From the IMG/VR virus record IMGVR_UViG_3300027708_003081: a stretch of DNA of 64,000 nucleotides, one strand, 5' to 3'. Origin of the DNA: a virus. Taxonomy: Duplodnaviria; Heunggongvirae; Uroviricota; Caudoviricetes. The notes under the pieces are model-generated. The model ran no database searches. It saw only the letters and a list, made by a program, of their open reading frames with translations, and was not told where the DNA came from. How positions within the stretch are numbered: the first letter of the stretch is position 1; each line of letters starts with the position of its first letter. The position numbers and the translations under genes are program-made. Below are positions 17,001-29,300 of the stretch, piece by piece.

Positions 17001-17281
17001 TTACATTTAAAGACATACTAAAAAAAGCTGAAACTCATCCTATGGGTGAGGGTAAAATGGTTAGATACGAAACACCCCAACTGATAATCTCTATTGTCGG
17101 TGGTAGACAGGGTTTATATGGGGATTTTAACGAGTCATTTGAGATGGCGATTATCGATAAAAAAACCGATGATTTTATTTCGGATAAATTATACTCCGAA
17201 TATTGTGATGGTAGCGGACAGATTATGCCGTATGTGACTCGGGAACAGATGTTGAAAGTCGTGAATGAGTTGGTGAAGTAA
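16997..17281 (+). CDS. Hypothetical phage protein
   Basis: ORF track; ATGA overlap with the previous gene. Confidence 0.7.
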   Translation: MITFKDILKKAETHPMGEGKMVRYETPQLIISIVGGRQGLYGDFNESFEMAIIDKKTDDFISDKLYSEYCDGSGQIMPYVTREQMLKVVNELVK

Positions 17282-17376
17282 TAGTTTCCTGGTAGTATAC
17301 TAATAAACCAGGTGGTGGAGAATTGACCCTAAATCGGTCAGTCCTGAAAAGTGAGAGGTTAATCCTCTCATTTTTT

Positions 17377-17862
17377 TTATTGATACCATATACCAAATCC
17401 ACACCTTGTGGAAATGTAATTATATGAGGCTGACCTAATCCAATCCATAAAGTCTTCCCACTCACTCATTCCACCCATATCAACGTTATTTGCCAATTCT
17501 TCAAGGGTTGTTTCATTACCATCTTCATCAATTATTTTATTCTCACCCCAACTATAATTTATGATTACGTCAGTTTCACTTTCTTCTAAATCTATCCAAA
17601 GACTATGAATTATTATATCAATCCAAGCATCTGGATAACCAGTTATTTCGGGTATTCTTATTTTAATGTCTGAATGAATACCTGATGATAATTTGCTTAA
17701 TGCTTTTTTGGCAAAATCAGTTGCACCTTCTTCACCAAGATTTTCAATTAAATCTGTTAAAAAATCCTCACCTTCATAATCTAATGCGTCAAATATCCTA
17801 TCTAAATTTGAGTTGGGATAACCTTCTTTTGCTAAAATCTTTAATACTTTTTTAAATTCCAT
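17377..17862 (-). CDS. Acidic hypothetical protein
   Basis: 161-aa ORF, co-transcribed with 17865-18800. Confidence 0.75.
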   Translation of the reverse strand: MEFKKVLKILAKEGYPNSNLDRIFDALDYEGEDFLTDLIENLGEEGATDFAKKALSKLSSGIHSDIKIRIPEITGYPDAWIDIIIHSLWIDLEESETDVIINYSWGENKIIDEDGNETTLEELANNVDMGGMSEWEDFMDWIRSASYNYISTRCGFGIWYQ

Positions 17863-17864
17863 AG

Positions 17865-18800
17865 TTATGTGTTAAAATAAAAATATTCATCTTCTTCGTA
17901 TAGTCCAAGTGAAAAATCTGCCTTCATATATAAACGAGGTTCAGTGGTGAAATAATAACAATAAACCTGTTCGGTTTCTAATTCAAAATCTTGTTCTCCG
18001 TGTTTTTCTTTTCTGCCCAAATTAATTATTTCTTTCCAAAAATCACCATAAGTATCATCCGTTGTAATTGGTTTTTCTGTATTTACGTTTAATTCACATA
18101 GGTTAAAAATATCTTTATTTGAAGTGCAAATATCATAAGTTACATAGTTAATTTCATCTGTGGGTTCTTCACCTCTACCATAGCAAGTATCACAAGTTGT
18201 AGTACCATCTCCACCACATTCGCCGCATGATTCTTCACCATCTCCACCACAATCACCGCAAGTTTTTTCGCCCTTACCTTCACAATCACCACAAGTGGCT
18301 TCACCGGAACCATTACATTCACCACAACTATCTCCTTCTTCATCCTCACCAGTACCATCACAGGTATCACAACTTACTTTACCATCACCATCACATTCCC
18401 AACATCCTACCTCACCTTTCCCACCACATTCACTACACGTAACGATTCCATCCCCACTACATTCATCACACGACTCATAACCATCACCGGCGCAGTTATT
18501 ACAAGTATCATAATAAGTTTCATTATCTGTTTCAAGAACCGATGCAAAAAATAAATTATTGATTATATTATCACCCAATTCAAATTTACCTGTCTTTAAT
18601 AATGAATAAATGTAATAAGAGGTTTTAATATAACCCATTCTATCGGTTTTAAATAATTCTCCAAAGTATTCCCTTTGTCCTTTACAAATTTCTTTAAAAC
18701 TTGAATAAACATTATTAGGTGTTAAATCTTTTACTTTAACAAGTGAAGCAACTCTTTTTGCAAGACTTCTCCATTTTCTATTTGAAATTTCTTCCGCCAT
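17865..18800 (-). CDS. Protein with ten DnaJ-type CxxCxGxG zinc-finger repeats
   Basis: [80 protein letters not shown]; no J-domain HPD motif. Confidence 0.85.
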   Translation of the reverse strand: MAEEISNRKWRSLAKRVASLVKVKDLTPNNVYSSFKEICKGQREYFGELFKTDRMGYIKTSYYIYSLLKTGKFELGDNIINNLFFASVLETDNETYYDTCNNCAGDGYESCDECSGDGIVTCSECGGKGEVGCWECDGDGKVSCDTCDGTGEDEEGDSCGECNGSGEATCGDCEGKGEKTCGDCGGDGEESCGECGGDGTTTCDTCYGRGEEPTDEINYVTYDICTSNKDIFNLCELNVNTEKPITTDDTYGDFWKEIINLGRKEKHGEQDFELETEQVYCYYFTTEPRLYMKADFSLGLYEEDEYFYFNT

Positions 18801-18860
18801 AACTATAAATATCCTTTGATTTATAACTTTTTTTATTTAAGTTTGTGTAAAGATAAATAT

Positions 18861-19118
18861 ATGGCAATAAAACTATACATCACAGAAGAAGAAATAAATT
18901 CAAACAGAAACGACGCTGACTTGGGTCGGTTGATAAGAAAAAGATTTTGGAATTTAAAAGAAGAAAATGAATATTTAAAAGATGTTGAGTATGAACACTG
19001 TATGATATGTGGTAAATTATCACCATATACTATAAACACAAAAACAACGGATAGAATTGGTTTTGTGGAAGGACAGGGGCAAGGTTGTTATCAACCCAAT
19101 AAATGTGATAAGATATGA
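18861..19118 (+). CDS. Hypothetical protein with CxxC motifs
   Basis: Start refined downstream of the promoter TAAGTTTG (18838-18845). Confidence 0.7.
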   Translation: MAIKLYITEEEINSNRNDADLGRLIRKRFWNLKEENEYLKDVEYEHCMICGKLSPYTINTKTTDRIGFVEGQGQGCYQPNKCDKI

Positions 19119-19444
19119 ATGGAGTATTATATTATGATGAGATAGAAAAGATATGGTATGTTAATTGGTTATACAAATTAGAAACTATGCCAGGTGCGGC
19201 CCTTAGTGGCAGACATAAAGTATGTGCGGAGTCTGTTGTGAGTATAGAATTGAGAGGGCTTAGTTCAGGTGATAGTGTTCTTTATATTGAAGAAGAAGGA
19301 TATGCAAGGATTATTAATTCTGCTGATGATTTGAGTTTATATTCACAGATTGAACACCTTATTATCAAGTGGAATATTGATGGTACCAAAACTGCCGGAG
19401 ATTTAACAAGACAGATTATGAAACTTATTCAAAAACAAAAATAG
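19115..19444 (+). CDS. Hypothetical protein
   Basis: ORF track; ATGA overlap. Confidence 0.6.
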   Translation: MNGVLYYDEIEKIWYVNWLYKLETMPGAALSGRHKVCAESVVSIELRGLSSGDSVLYIEEEGYARIINSADDLSLYSQIEHLIIKWNIDGTKTAGDLTRQIMKLIQKQK

Positions 19445-19450
19445 ACCTAT

Positions 19451-19846
19451 ATGAAACATTTAATCCTTGCGGTATTGTTGTTAGCCGCGTGTTCAAAACC
19501 GAACATAACAACCTATGAAACAAAAGAAGTCTTTTATAAACTACAAGAAGTAGATAAAGACGGAAAAACAATTGAGAGTCCCATTCGCTCAACTAACGTA
19601 ACAATTACAAGTAGAGACGGAGATGACGAAGATGATGATGATGACCACAATCCTGTCCCAATTAAATTAGAGACATTTGTTGTTGTGAGATTAAATTCAA
19701 ATACCATTAAGGTGTATTGGGAAGCAACAAATGAAGATGGAGTAAGTCATTATAACATCTTAAAATCATTTGATAGTAAAGTTTGGGGTAGTTCAGTTAG
19801 ACTTGAAAAAGGGGATGGAAAATACACTTATATAGATAAATTTTAA
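19451..19846 (+). CDS. Lipoprotein with a PVxLxxF-type Ig-like module found in Bacteroidota secreted proteins
   Basis: Lipobox LLAAC; VPIKLETF...IKVYWEATNE...YNILKSFD. Confidence 0.65.
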   Translation: MKHLILAVLLLAACSKPNITTYETKEVFYKLQEVDKDGKTIESPIRSTNVTITSRDGDDEDDDDDHNPVPIKLETFVVVRLNSNTIKVYWEATNEDGVSHYNILKSFDSKVWGSSVRLEKGDGKYTYIDKF

Positions 19847-19849
19847 TAT

Positions 19850-20035
19850 ATGGAATTACCAACAGCAAATGAATTTCTTAAAAGAAATTCTTCAACAGAT
19901 AATGAAAAAATGTTAATAAAATTCGCCAAATTACACGTAGAAGCGGCATTAGAAGAGGCGTTTAAAGTATCGGCATTAGAAACTTGGGAGGGAGATATAG
20001 TAAAAAATTCATATCCGTTAGAAAAAATAAAATAA
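19850..20035 (+). CDS. Small hypothetical protein
   Basis: ORF track. Confidence 0.6.
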   Translation: MELPTANEFLKRNSSTDNEKMLIKFAKLHVEAALEEAFKVSALETWEGDIVKNSYPLEKIK

Positions 20036-20089
20036 ATTTGGCTGGTATTCTGGAAAGGTATATCTTTGTATTCTAAATCAATCAAACAT

Positions 20090-20869
20090 ATGTCTACAAC
20101 AACTACCACCACCGCAATCGCAACCACAAAAGATGTAATCATCTCAAGAGTTCGTAACTATCAAGGTTCAAACTCATTCGTTATTAAAATGAGAGACGCT
20201 TTGAAAAAATGGGGAAACCTTACCGACAATCAGTTAAACGCCGCTGAAAAGTGTCTTAACGCAGAAGTTAAAGTTGAGGTTAATATTGAAACTTTATCTG
20301 ATGATATGAAAAAAATTGCCAAGTATGAGGGTGAAAGTACCTTCGTAAAGGACATCAAGTCAAAACTTATGACTTATGGTACATTAACCGACAGACAGGT
20401 TCAAGCGGCAGTTAAACAAATTGGTAAGGAAGAGAACAAGGCAAAAACCTTGAAAATCAAAATACCAACACCGGGAGAGACAATTAAAATTGGTAGAAAG
20501 ATAGGACAACAACTTAAAGAGAAGTATGGTTTGAACTTTAACCCAATTCTTATTGATATCACAAAGGTGACTTCGATATCACCAAAGGCGGTTCAGTTCG
20601 TAGGAAAGATGACTATTAAACGTGGGGATGTTTGTATGTGTTGTGCCAAAACTTTAACAGATGAGTTCTCTATGTTAACAAAGATGGGTAAAATTTGTGC
20701 GGGACATATGAAAGTAGAATATATTACTGACGCAAGTCAGGCGGAAAGATTCCGTGAGGAATACTTGAAGAGAGTGGATGAGATTGGTGAGATGGAGTTT
20801 TGGGTACCGAAGAACCAAATTAAGAAATGGGGTTCGGTTACAGAGATGGCGATTGAAAGTTTGTTTTGA
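20090..20869 (+). CDS. Hypothetical protein with a duplicated S/T-FV...L..(W/Y)G.LTD.Q..AA module and a CxCC...C..H region
   Basis: Start refined after the promoter TATCTTTG (20061-20068); internal repeat visible in the translation. Confidence 0.75.
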   Translation: MSTTTTTTAIATTKDVIISRVRNYQGSNSFVIKMRDALKKWGNLTDNQLNAAEKCLNAEVKVEVNIETLSDDMKKIAKYEGESTFVKDIKSKLMTYGTLTDRQVQAAVKQIGKEENKAKTLKIKIPTPGETIKIGRKIGQQLKEKYGLNFNPILIDITKVTSISPKAVQFVGKMTIKRGDVCMCCAKTLTDEFSMLTKMGKICAGHMKVEYITDASQAERFREEYLKRVDEIGEMEFWVPKNQIKKWGSVTEMAIESLF

Positions 20870-21005
20870 TTTAGAAAAATCCCCCCATCACACAAAGGTG
20901 GGGGTTATTTTTAAAAAATTTTATTATGAATATATTAGATAAAGTGGGGACAATTGCATCAGTTATCGCAATCACTTTTTGTTTAACAACTTTAATTGTT
21001 ATTAT

Positions 21006-21344
21006 ATGGAACGTTTGATACCAAATAAGAAGTATGAAAATATGGTTTCAGAGATTATTGAGAACTTTGATTTTCAAAAGTGCAGAATTGTTATGACGCA
21101 TCTTAATTGGCAATGGCACGGAAGAGGAGTACCAACAATTGACGATATGAAAAAGATGGTTAGAGGACACTTTATAGAGGTTATTGGTGATTTACACAAT
21201 AAAGAAACTAATGTTAGGTATTATGAAAGATATACTGTCTCAAGCGGAGGATTTACTGCTTGGGGATACAAAAACAAGTATGGCAGTATTGATAGGTTGG
21301 GTTTAGAATTTATAGTTTCAGATTGGAATGTAGAACGAGAATAA
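21006..21344 (+). CDS. Hypothetical protein
   Basis: ORF track; start refined. Confidence 0.65.
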   Translation: MERLIPNKKYENMVSEIIENFDFQKCRIVMTHLNWQWHGRGVPTIDDMKKMVRGHFIEVIGDLHNKETNVRYYERYTVSSGGFTAWGYKNKYGSIDRLGLEFIVSDWNVERE

Positions 21345-21360
21345 CAGATATTTATTTGTT

Positions 21361-21762
21361 ATGAAAGTTTGTTTAAAAGGAGCCAAAAAGTTTTATTCAG
21401 AGTTAGAAATAAATGTTATTAAAAAGTTTATTGAATTTATTAATACCGACATTCCTTTGAATAAAGATGTTAGAATTGATTTTTTAAATAGGAAAACAGG
21501 AAAAATGACCACAGGTTCAAGACTAAGTCATAAGATTAAAGTTCTTACAAAGGATAGAATGTTAATTGATGTGTTAAGAACTTTGGTCCACGAATGGGTT
21601 CACGAATTTCAACATCAAAAATTGGGATTAAAAGATAACGACAAGATACAAGATATTGGTGGTCCAGAAGAAAATATGGCAAATGTCTTGGCAGGAATAA
21701 TTATGAAGAAATTTCAAAAAGAATATCCCGAGTTTAAAAAGGTTATTTATTCTGGGGAATGA
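21361..21762 (+). CDS. Zincin-like (HExxH) metallopeptidase-domain protein
   Basis: LRTLVHEWVHEFQH...EENMAN. Confidence 0.75.
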   Translation: MKVCLKGAKKFYSELEINVIKKFIEFINTDIPLNKDVRIDFLNRKTGKMTTGSRLSHKIKVLTKDRMLIDVLRTLVHEWVHEFQHQKLGLKDNDKIQDIGGPEENMANVLAGIIMKKFQKEYPEFKKVIYSGE

Positions 21763-22008
21763 TGTACTTTCAAAATAGAACTTATAAGATGGTAAAAGTT
21801 ATTCTGTTTATAATTTGTATTGTTCTTTTAACTGGATGTGACCCATACAGGAGGATAAGAAAGCACGTCCCAAGACGAGACATAAAAAGGGCTATGAAGT
21901 ATTCAACTTGGTATTAATTATGAGAAAACATATACAAAAAAATAAAGAGATAATAACACTTTTAATTGCTTATTTTGCGTTATTATCTCTTCTTATATTA
22001 TTAGGTAG

Positions 22009-23064
22009 TTAGATATCCAAAAACTTTCTCCAAACTTTCAAAGATTTAAAATAATATTTCTCAAATGAGAAATAATTTTTCATTATAAATTTACTTGGAT
22101 TTTTAGTAACCTCCTCAATTTTTGATGTAATCATAGGAATATTATTAGCACTTGCTTTTGAACCATTATACATCCAATCAGTATCATATCCAACAATTAT
22201 TGGTATTTCTGTATGAACAAAATCTGCGGTTACAATATTAAATGATTCGGTATAAGATACTTGAAGTCCTACGTCCATAGTCTTAATAACTTTTAAAAAG
22301 TCGTGGTGTTCCATCCACTTGTGTTCTACTAATTTGTGTCTTGTGTTTTTAAATAACTCTCTGATGTTCTTAATTACAGTCTCACCTCTTTGTTCAATCC
22401 TTGTTCCGTTAATATGGAAATGAAGTATCTTATCATTTTTATCTGCATATGATATTGCGGCAATTGCTTGAGCCATTTGATTTTTTAATGGACGAATCGC
22501 ACCGAAACAACCGATATTAATTATTGTTTTGTTTTTGCTACAACCAAACAATTTACAGAATCTTTCTTTTAAAGATTTAAAGAAGTATTCAGTATAACTG
22601 AAATTTCTTATTAATGGATAAAGGTTTGGCAAATAAACTGAATTAATACCAATACTATTAAAATCATTATTTGTATCTTCATTATTGAATGAAATAATTA
22701 CATTCTCAATTTGAGAATATTCTTTAATCCAATCAATTGCAATTCCTTCATTTGCTAAAAATGGAATTTTAGAATGGACTCTTACCACAAATGATACTTT
22801 GGGCCAAAGAGCAACCAATTCTTTTAATTTATATGGTGGAACCCAAATAGCTTCCAAGATACAAATGTCAGGACGGAAATGATGAATTTCTCTATCAATA
22901 CAATTTGCATCTACACATAATTTCAATTCACAAACAACGTTAATATTCTTTTCAAGAATTTTTTTAAGAAAACCTGCAGAGTTAGATAATCCTGCTTTAG
23001 AAGTAAATGCGCCCGCTGACTCATTATGCTTCTTCAACAAAATTAAAATTTTTGTTTTTTTCAT
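22009..23064 (-). CDS. Glycosyltransferase, GT-B fold (GT4-like)
   Basis: IGCFGAIRPLKNQ...DVGLQVSYTESFNIVTAD. Confidence 0.75.
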   Translation of the reverse strand: MKKTKILILLKKHNESAGAFTSKAGLSNSAGFLKKILEKNINVVCELKLCVDANCIDREIHHFRPDICILEAIWVPPYKLKELVALWPKVSFVVRVHSKIPFLANEGIAIDWIKEYSQIENVIISFNNEDTNNDFNSIGINSVYLPNLYPLIRNFSYTEYFFKSLKERFCKLFGCSKNKTIINIGCFGAIRPLKNQMAQAIAAISYADKNDKILHFHINGTRIEQRGETVIKNIRELFKNTRHKLVEHKWMEHHDFLKVIKTMDVGLQVSYTESFNIVTADFVHTEIPIIVGYDTDWMYNGSKASANNIPMITSKIEEVTKNPSKFIMKNYFSFEKYYFKSLKVWRKFLDI

Positions 23065-23249
23065 TTTAGTAGTATTTTATTAGATTATTTTTAGTCAGAT
23101 TAACAACTCCAGCCACCACAAACCATTATATTCATAAATAGTTTCAAAGTTACGTTGTGTTATTAAATTTAAAAGATTTTTTTTTTGAGAAAAAAAGGTA
23201 ATAGTTTACAAAATAAAAAATGCAACTACTTTTAAAAAAAAATAAAATT

Positions 23250-23609
23250 ATGACAAAACATTTAACTACAAAAAATTTTGGTTGGTTGATTACAGGCATC
23301 TTGATTTTTATGCTCGGACAATCAATTATTGGTAAATTAGACGGAGCGATGATTGAAAACTTTAAATTTATGCATCTTGAAAATTATATGATTGGAACAG
23401 GTGTATTAGAATTAATTGGTTTAATCTTGTTAGTAATTCCAAGAACATCAATCTACGGAGCAATTTTATTGAGCTGTATGATGAGTGGTGCGGTTGCACT
23501 TCATTTATCACTTATGGGTGGTAATATGGTTATGGCACCAATCACTATGGGAATACTCGCTTGGTTATCACACTGTCTTCGAACTTACCGATTACCTTTT
23601 GGAAAGTAA
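23250..23609 (+). CDS. DoxX-family membrane protein
   Basis: Four hydrophobic helices; GVLELIGLILLVIPRT...GAVALH. Confidence 0.8.
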   Translation: MTKHLTTKNFGWLITGILIFMLGQSIIGKLDGAMIENFKFMHLENYMIGTGVLELIGLILLVIPRTSIYGAILLSCMMSGAVALHLSLMGGNMVMAPITMGILAWLSHCLRTYRLPFGK

Positions 23610-23684
23610 AAAAACTTTACTAAAAAAAACCCTCACTAAAAAGTGGGGGTTTATTTTTTCTGTATATTTATAAAGTAAAAACTT

Positions 23685-26327
23685 ATGTCTGCTCCTCCTT
23701 GTTTAAAATATGTCATAACCAATATTGGTGATGTTGTCGGAACATTTACTTACAGAAGATGTGCCGACCTAAGATGGGAATCTCAGGAAACATTATTACC
23801 TGGGGAAATAAAAAATGTTTGGTTTATTGAAGGAACATATTCAACCGCTTTTGATACAATTATTAGAATAGGTGATGTTGAACTATTTCCGCCAACACCT
23901 TCAAATACAAGAACACCAACAAAAACGCCACCACCAACAAAAACTCCTACACCCACAAAAACCTCAACACCAACGAATACAAATACTCAAACACCAACAA
24001 AAACCTCAACACAAACTCCAACACAAACACCAACTAATACAAATACTCAAACACAAACACCAACTAATACAAATACTCAAACACAAACACCAACGAATAC
24101 GGAAACTCCAACACAAACACCAACACCTACTAATACTCAAACACCAACTCAAACGCCGACTAATACAGAAACACCAACACCTACTAATACTCAAACGCCG
24201 ACTAATACAGAAACACCAACACCTACTAATACTCAAACGCCGACTAATACAAATACCCAAACACCAACCCAAACATCAACAAACACACCTACTAATACAT
24301 CAACATCTACTCAAACACCAACAAAAACGTTGGGGATATCACCAACCCCTACCGCTACTAATACACCTACTAATACTCAAACGCCAACTAAAACCACAAC
24401 TAATACTCAAACGCCAACTAAAACCACAACTAATACACCAACAAATACTCAAACTCCAACTAATACACCAACAAATACTCAAACTCCAACAAAAACACAA
24501 ACTCCTACAAACACTACAACACCAACAGTAACTCCAACAACACCACAACAACAATTTAAAATGACTTTAACCAATAATACCTCATTACAAATTAGCAAAA
24601 TTATCTCAACTTCAAATCCATTTAGGATTGATTGGGGCGACGGAACTATAACTCCTTATGGTATAGGAACAATTCCTAATATAAATAAAACATATACAGG
24701 TACAACAGCATTTAATGGAACCGTAATAATTGAATCTTTACATTTAAGTACAATTTCTGATTTCATTACAAATGTTGCAACACCATCACAAACAGTTTCA
24801 GTAACATTTACAACAAATGAATTAAGTAATTTTTCTAATTTAATTAATTATTCAAATCCTTCCGCTTACTATTTTAAAATAACGGGTGATATAAGGTTCT
24901 TACCAAGAACATTAAAAACTTTTGACAGCTATGTTAATAATCTTACGGGAGATATTTCAAATTCACCTACAGGATTAACTATTTTTAATGTTAGAAAGGA
25001 TGAAAGTAGTTTAACAGGAAATGTTTCGGGACTATCGCGTTCGTTAACCGCTTGTACAATTCTTGGAAGTAGTTCATTACAAAAAATATCAGGAAATACA
25101 TCATCACTACCAAGACTATTAAAAAGTTTAGATATTGAAGGTGCAAACACTATAACAGGAAATGTTTTAGATTTACCTTCAGGATTAACAACCTTTACAA
25201 TATATGGTAATAATACATTATCTGGAAATGTTGCAGATATTCCGTCTGGAGTTACAACGGTAAATATTCAGGGTAATAGTCCAGGAGGAAATACAATAAG
25301 TGGAAATACCGCTGACATTAATAGAAATTTTGGTTATTTCTTTTTAGGTGGTCTTAATACTTTAACAGGTAATGTCGCGGATTTACCACAAACCGCGGCA
25401 ACAATTACTATTCTAGGATGGAATACAATAAGTGGTGATACAAACGATATACCAAAATATACATCAAATTTAACCATTTATAATTTTATTAGTACACCAC
25501 CTTTGGGAAGTGCGACTACTATAAGCGGATGGGTCGGTAATTTTTCACCAAATTTAAAAATTTTAGTTTTAGGAGGAAGATGTGAAATAACTGGTAATAC
25601 AAACAATATACCAAGAAATTTGACAAATTTAAGTATTCAAGGTATTAACACAATAAGTGGTGATTTATCAGGATTACCAACAGGACTAACATCATGCACT
25701 ATTGCTGGAAATAACACTGTAAGTGGTGATTTATCAGGATTACCAACAGGAATAACAACATGCAATATTAGTGGAAATAATACTATAAGCGGAAACACTT
25801 CAATTTTTAACACAGGATTTTTATCAGGAGCATCGTCATTAAGTATTCAAGGTTTTAACACAATAACGGGAGACATTTCAAATTTACCAAATAAAATAAA
25901 CTCCTCAGTTGTGGTAGGTGGTTTAAATACACTTAGTGGAGATATTGCAACATTAAAAACAACAGGCGCAACTCTATTTCAAATATTAGGAAATAATACT
26001 TTAACGGGTGATTTGAGTACAATTCCAAAAAGTTTTCAAAATATATATATATTAGGAAATAATACAATAACTGGATACACCGCAGGTCATATTTGGAATA
26101 GTAGTATGTCTCAACTACAAATTAATTCTTCATTACCCGGAGTAGGATTTACAAATACAGATATTGATAATATATTAAAGGACTTGTCGGCTTCAACAAC
26201 AGCTTGGGCTTCACCTAAAGTAATAACATTACAAGGTATTGATACACCAAAAAGAACATCGGCTAGTGATGCCGCAGTTGCTTATTTAACTGGTAGCCCA
26301 AGAAGTGTAACAATAACATTATTATAA
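23685..26327 (+). CDS. Large Thr/Pro-repeat protein with PKD (DWGDG) and GNxxSGxxxxLP LRR-like repeats
   Basis: 880 aa; N-terminal C.KYV.TN...Y.RC.D..W domain shared with 36984 and 46007. Confidence 0.85.
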   Translation: MSAPPCLKYVITNIGDVVGTFTYRRCADLRWESQETLLPGEIKNVWFIEGTYSTAFDTIIRIGDVELFPPTPSNTRTPTKTPPPTKTPTPTKTSTPTNTNTQTPTKTSTQTPTQTPTNTNTQTQTPTNTNTQTQTPTNTETPTQTPTPTNTQTPTQTPTNTETPTPTNTQTPTNTETPTPTNTQTPTNTNTQTPTQTSTNTPTNTSTSTQTPTKTLGISPTPTATNTPTNTQTPTKTTTNTQTPTKTTTNTPTNTQTPTNTPTNTQTPTKTQTPTNTTTPTVTPTTPQQQFKMTLTNNTSLQISKIISTSNPFRIDWGDGTITPYGIGTIPNINKTYTGTTAFNGTVIIESLHLSTISDFITNVATPSQTVSVTFTTNELSNFSNLINYSNPSAYYFKITGDIRFLPRTLKTFDSYVNNLTGDISNSPTGLTIFNVRKDESSLTGNVSGLSRSLTACTILGSSSLQKISGNTSSLPRLLKSLDIEGANTITGNVLDLPSGLTTFTIYGNNTLSGNVADIPSGVTTVNIQGNSPGGNTISGNTADINRNFGYFFLGGLNTLTGNVADLPQTAATITILGWNTISGDTNDIPKYTSNLTIYNFISTPPLGSATTISGWVGNFSPNLKILVLGGRCEITGNTNNIPRNLTNLSIQGINTISGDLSGLPTGLTSCTIAGNNTVSGDLSGLPTGITTCNISGNNTISGNTSIFNTGFLSGASSLSIQGFNTITGDISNLPNKINSSVVVGGLNTLSGDIATLKTTGATLFQILGNNTLTGDLSTIPKSFQNIYILGNNTITGYTAGHIWNSSMSQLQINSSLPGVGFTNTDIDNILKDLSASTTAWASPKVITLQGIDTPKRTSASDAAVAYLTGSPRSVTITLL

Positions 26328-26344
26328 AAATATTTAATTAATAA

Positions 26345-29300
26345 ATGGAATTCTTTATAAAGAAAAATGCGACGCTACCTGTTTTAAAGATGAAGGTGGT
26401 TGACGATGGAAAAGATGGACACAAAGAATTATTGAAACTTTTAGAAGTTTCAACCATTTATTTTACTATGATTGATACTGCGACGGGTATCAGTAAAATT
26501 ACTTCTGCAAAAGGTTATATTACATCAATAAATCTACCCGAAGGTTCAACACCTGAATATTATTTATGTTACAAATTTAAAACAAAAGATGCAAATAAAA
26601 TTGGTAGATATCAAGGTTCTTTCATTCTAAAGTATGGTTTAGATACTTTAATCTTACCAATAAGAGATGAGTTATATGTTAATGTTATTCAAAGTGTAAA
26701 TGATGAACCAATTCCAAATCTTTATGGTTTTAAAATTCCTGTTAAATATTTAACTGACCCAGATTTTAAGATAACACCACCTATTAGTGATAGTCCAGGT
26801 CCTTTTACATACATAAGTGCAGATAATAATATTGTTAGCATAGTAGGAGATATCGTTAAAATTAATGGTATTGGACAAACTACTGTTACTGCAATACAAC
26901 AACCGACAAGTGAGTTTGGAACCGCATCAATTATTGCAATATCTGTTGTAATATTGGCACCTACACCCTCTAATACAAGAACCCCGACTAAAACACCAAC
27001 AAGAACCCCTACAAATACACCAACAAATACTCAAACTTCAACAAATACTCCTACTAATACTTCAACACAAACACAAACACCTACTAATACTTCAACACAA
27101 ACACAAACACCAACACAAACGCCAACTAATACTTCAACACAAACACCAACACAAACGCCAACTAATACTTCAACACCAACACAAACTCAAACTCCTACTA
27201 ATACAGAAACACCAACACAAACTCAGACTCCTACTAATACAGAAACCCCAACACAAACTCAAACACCGACTAATACTGAAACGTCAACTCAGACACCAAC
27301 CAATACAGAAACATCAACTCAGACACCAACCAATACAACAACACCGACACCGACTGAAACCGCATTTCCGCCTGAAATTAGATACTTCCAAAGTTGTTGT
27401 CCACCAAATTTTTATATAAAAGTTTACGGTATTCCTTTTTACGAATTACCAACATTAAATGAAGTTTATTATGTTGATAGTACAGGATTTGTTGGTTGTG
27501 CAACTAATATTGATTTACCGGTAGGAACCCCTTACATAATAGGTGGTTACAATTCATTATTCTTACAAATTGATTGTACAGATTGTAATTCAATATTTAT
27601 TTGTCCTACACAGACACCAACTCAAACTCCTACACAGACACCAACACCAACTAATACAGAAACGCCAACTCAAACTCAGACACCAACTAATACAGAAACG
27701 CCAACTCAAACTCAGACACCAACTATTACTTCAACTGAAACGCCAACTCAAACACAGACACCAACAAATACAATAACTCAGACACCAACAAATACAATAA
27801 CTCAGACACCAACAAATACAATAACTCAAACACAAACTCAAACGTCAACCAATACACAAACTCCTACTAATACACCAACCAATACTGCAACACAAACTCA
27901 AACCTCTACAAATACTCAAACGCCAACTAATACTTCAACACAAACACAAACTCAAACACCAACTAATACTGAAACCCCAACTAATACCCCAACTCAAACA
28001 CCAACAAATACAATAACTCAAACGCCAACTAATACCGCAACCCAAACTCAAACACCAACAAATACAATAACTCAAACGCCAACTAATACCACAACTCAAA
28101 CACAAACTCAAACGCCAACTAATACAGAAACTCCAACAAATACCACAACTCAAACACCAACAAATACCACAACTCAAACACCAACAAATACCACAACTCA
28201 AACACAGACACAAACCCAAACGCCTACTAACACTTCAACTGAAACCCCAACTCAAACACAGACACAAACCCCAACTAATACCGAAACTTCGACGCAAACC
28301 CCAACGCAAACCGCAACTCAAACTCCAACAAATACTACAACTAATACCGCAACTCAAACACCTACAAATACTTCAACTCAAACTCCAACAAATACTTCAA
28401 CTTCAACTCAAACACCTACTAATACTATAACTCAAACCCCAACAAATACTTCAACACAAACGCAGACACAAACCCCAACTCAAACGCCTACTAATACCGT
28501 AACTCAAACTCCAACTAACACTACGACCCCAACAAACACACAAACTCAAACCCCAACCAATACAGAAACCCCAACAAACACACCAACTAACACTACAACA
28601 CAAACACCAACAGCAACATATTATCCACCTGAAATACGTTATTTCTCTGCTTGTTGTTATCCATATGATATTATAAAGGTTTATTCAATACCATTTGCCG
28701 TCGCAACAGGAATAACGGTAAATAATACCTATTATATTTCAGGAACAGGTACTTTTAATGGTTGTGCAACAAATATATCAAGTGTACCAGAACCAATTCC
28801 TGTTAGTGTTTATCCATATGATATATTAACAAGTTATGTTTCTGGACAAACTAATTGTTTTGATAATTTATGTGTAAATGTTGCACCACCTTGTCCCACA
28901 CATACACCAACTACTACACAAACACCAACAAATACCTCAACACAAACATCTACACAAACACCAACAAATACATCTACACAAACATCTACACAGACGCAAA
29001 CTCCAACTAAAACTCAAACACCAACAAATACATCTACACAAACATCTACGCAGACGCAAACCCCGACTAAAACCCCAACTCAAACGCCTACTAATACACA
29101 AACGTCAACTCAAACATCTACGCAGACGCAAACCCCGACTAAAACCCCAACTCAAACGCCTACTAATACACAAACGTCAACACAGACGCAAACTCCAACT
29201 AAAACATCTACACAAACACCAACTCAAACGCCTACTAATACACAAACGTCAACACAGACGCAAACTCCAACTAAAACATCAACTCAAACCCCAACAAATA

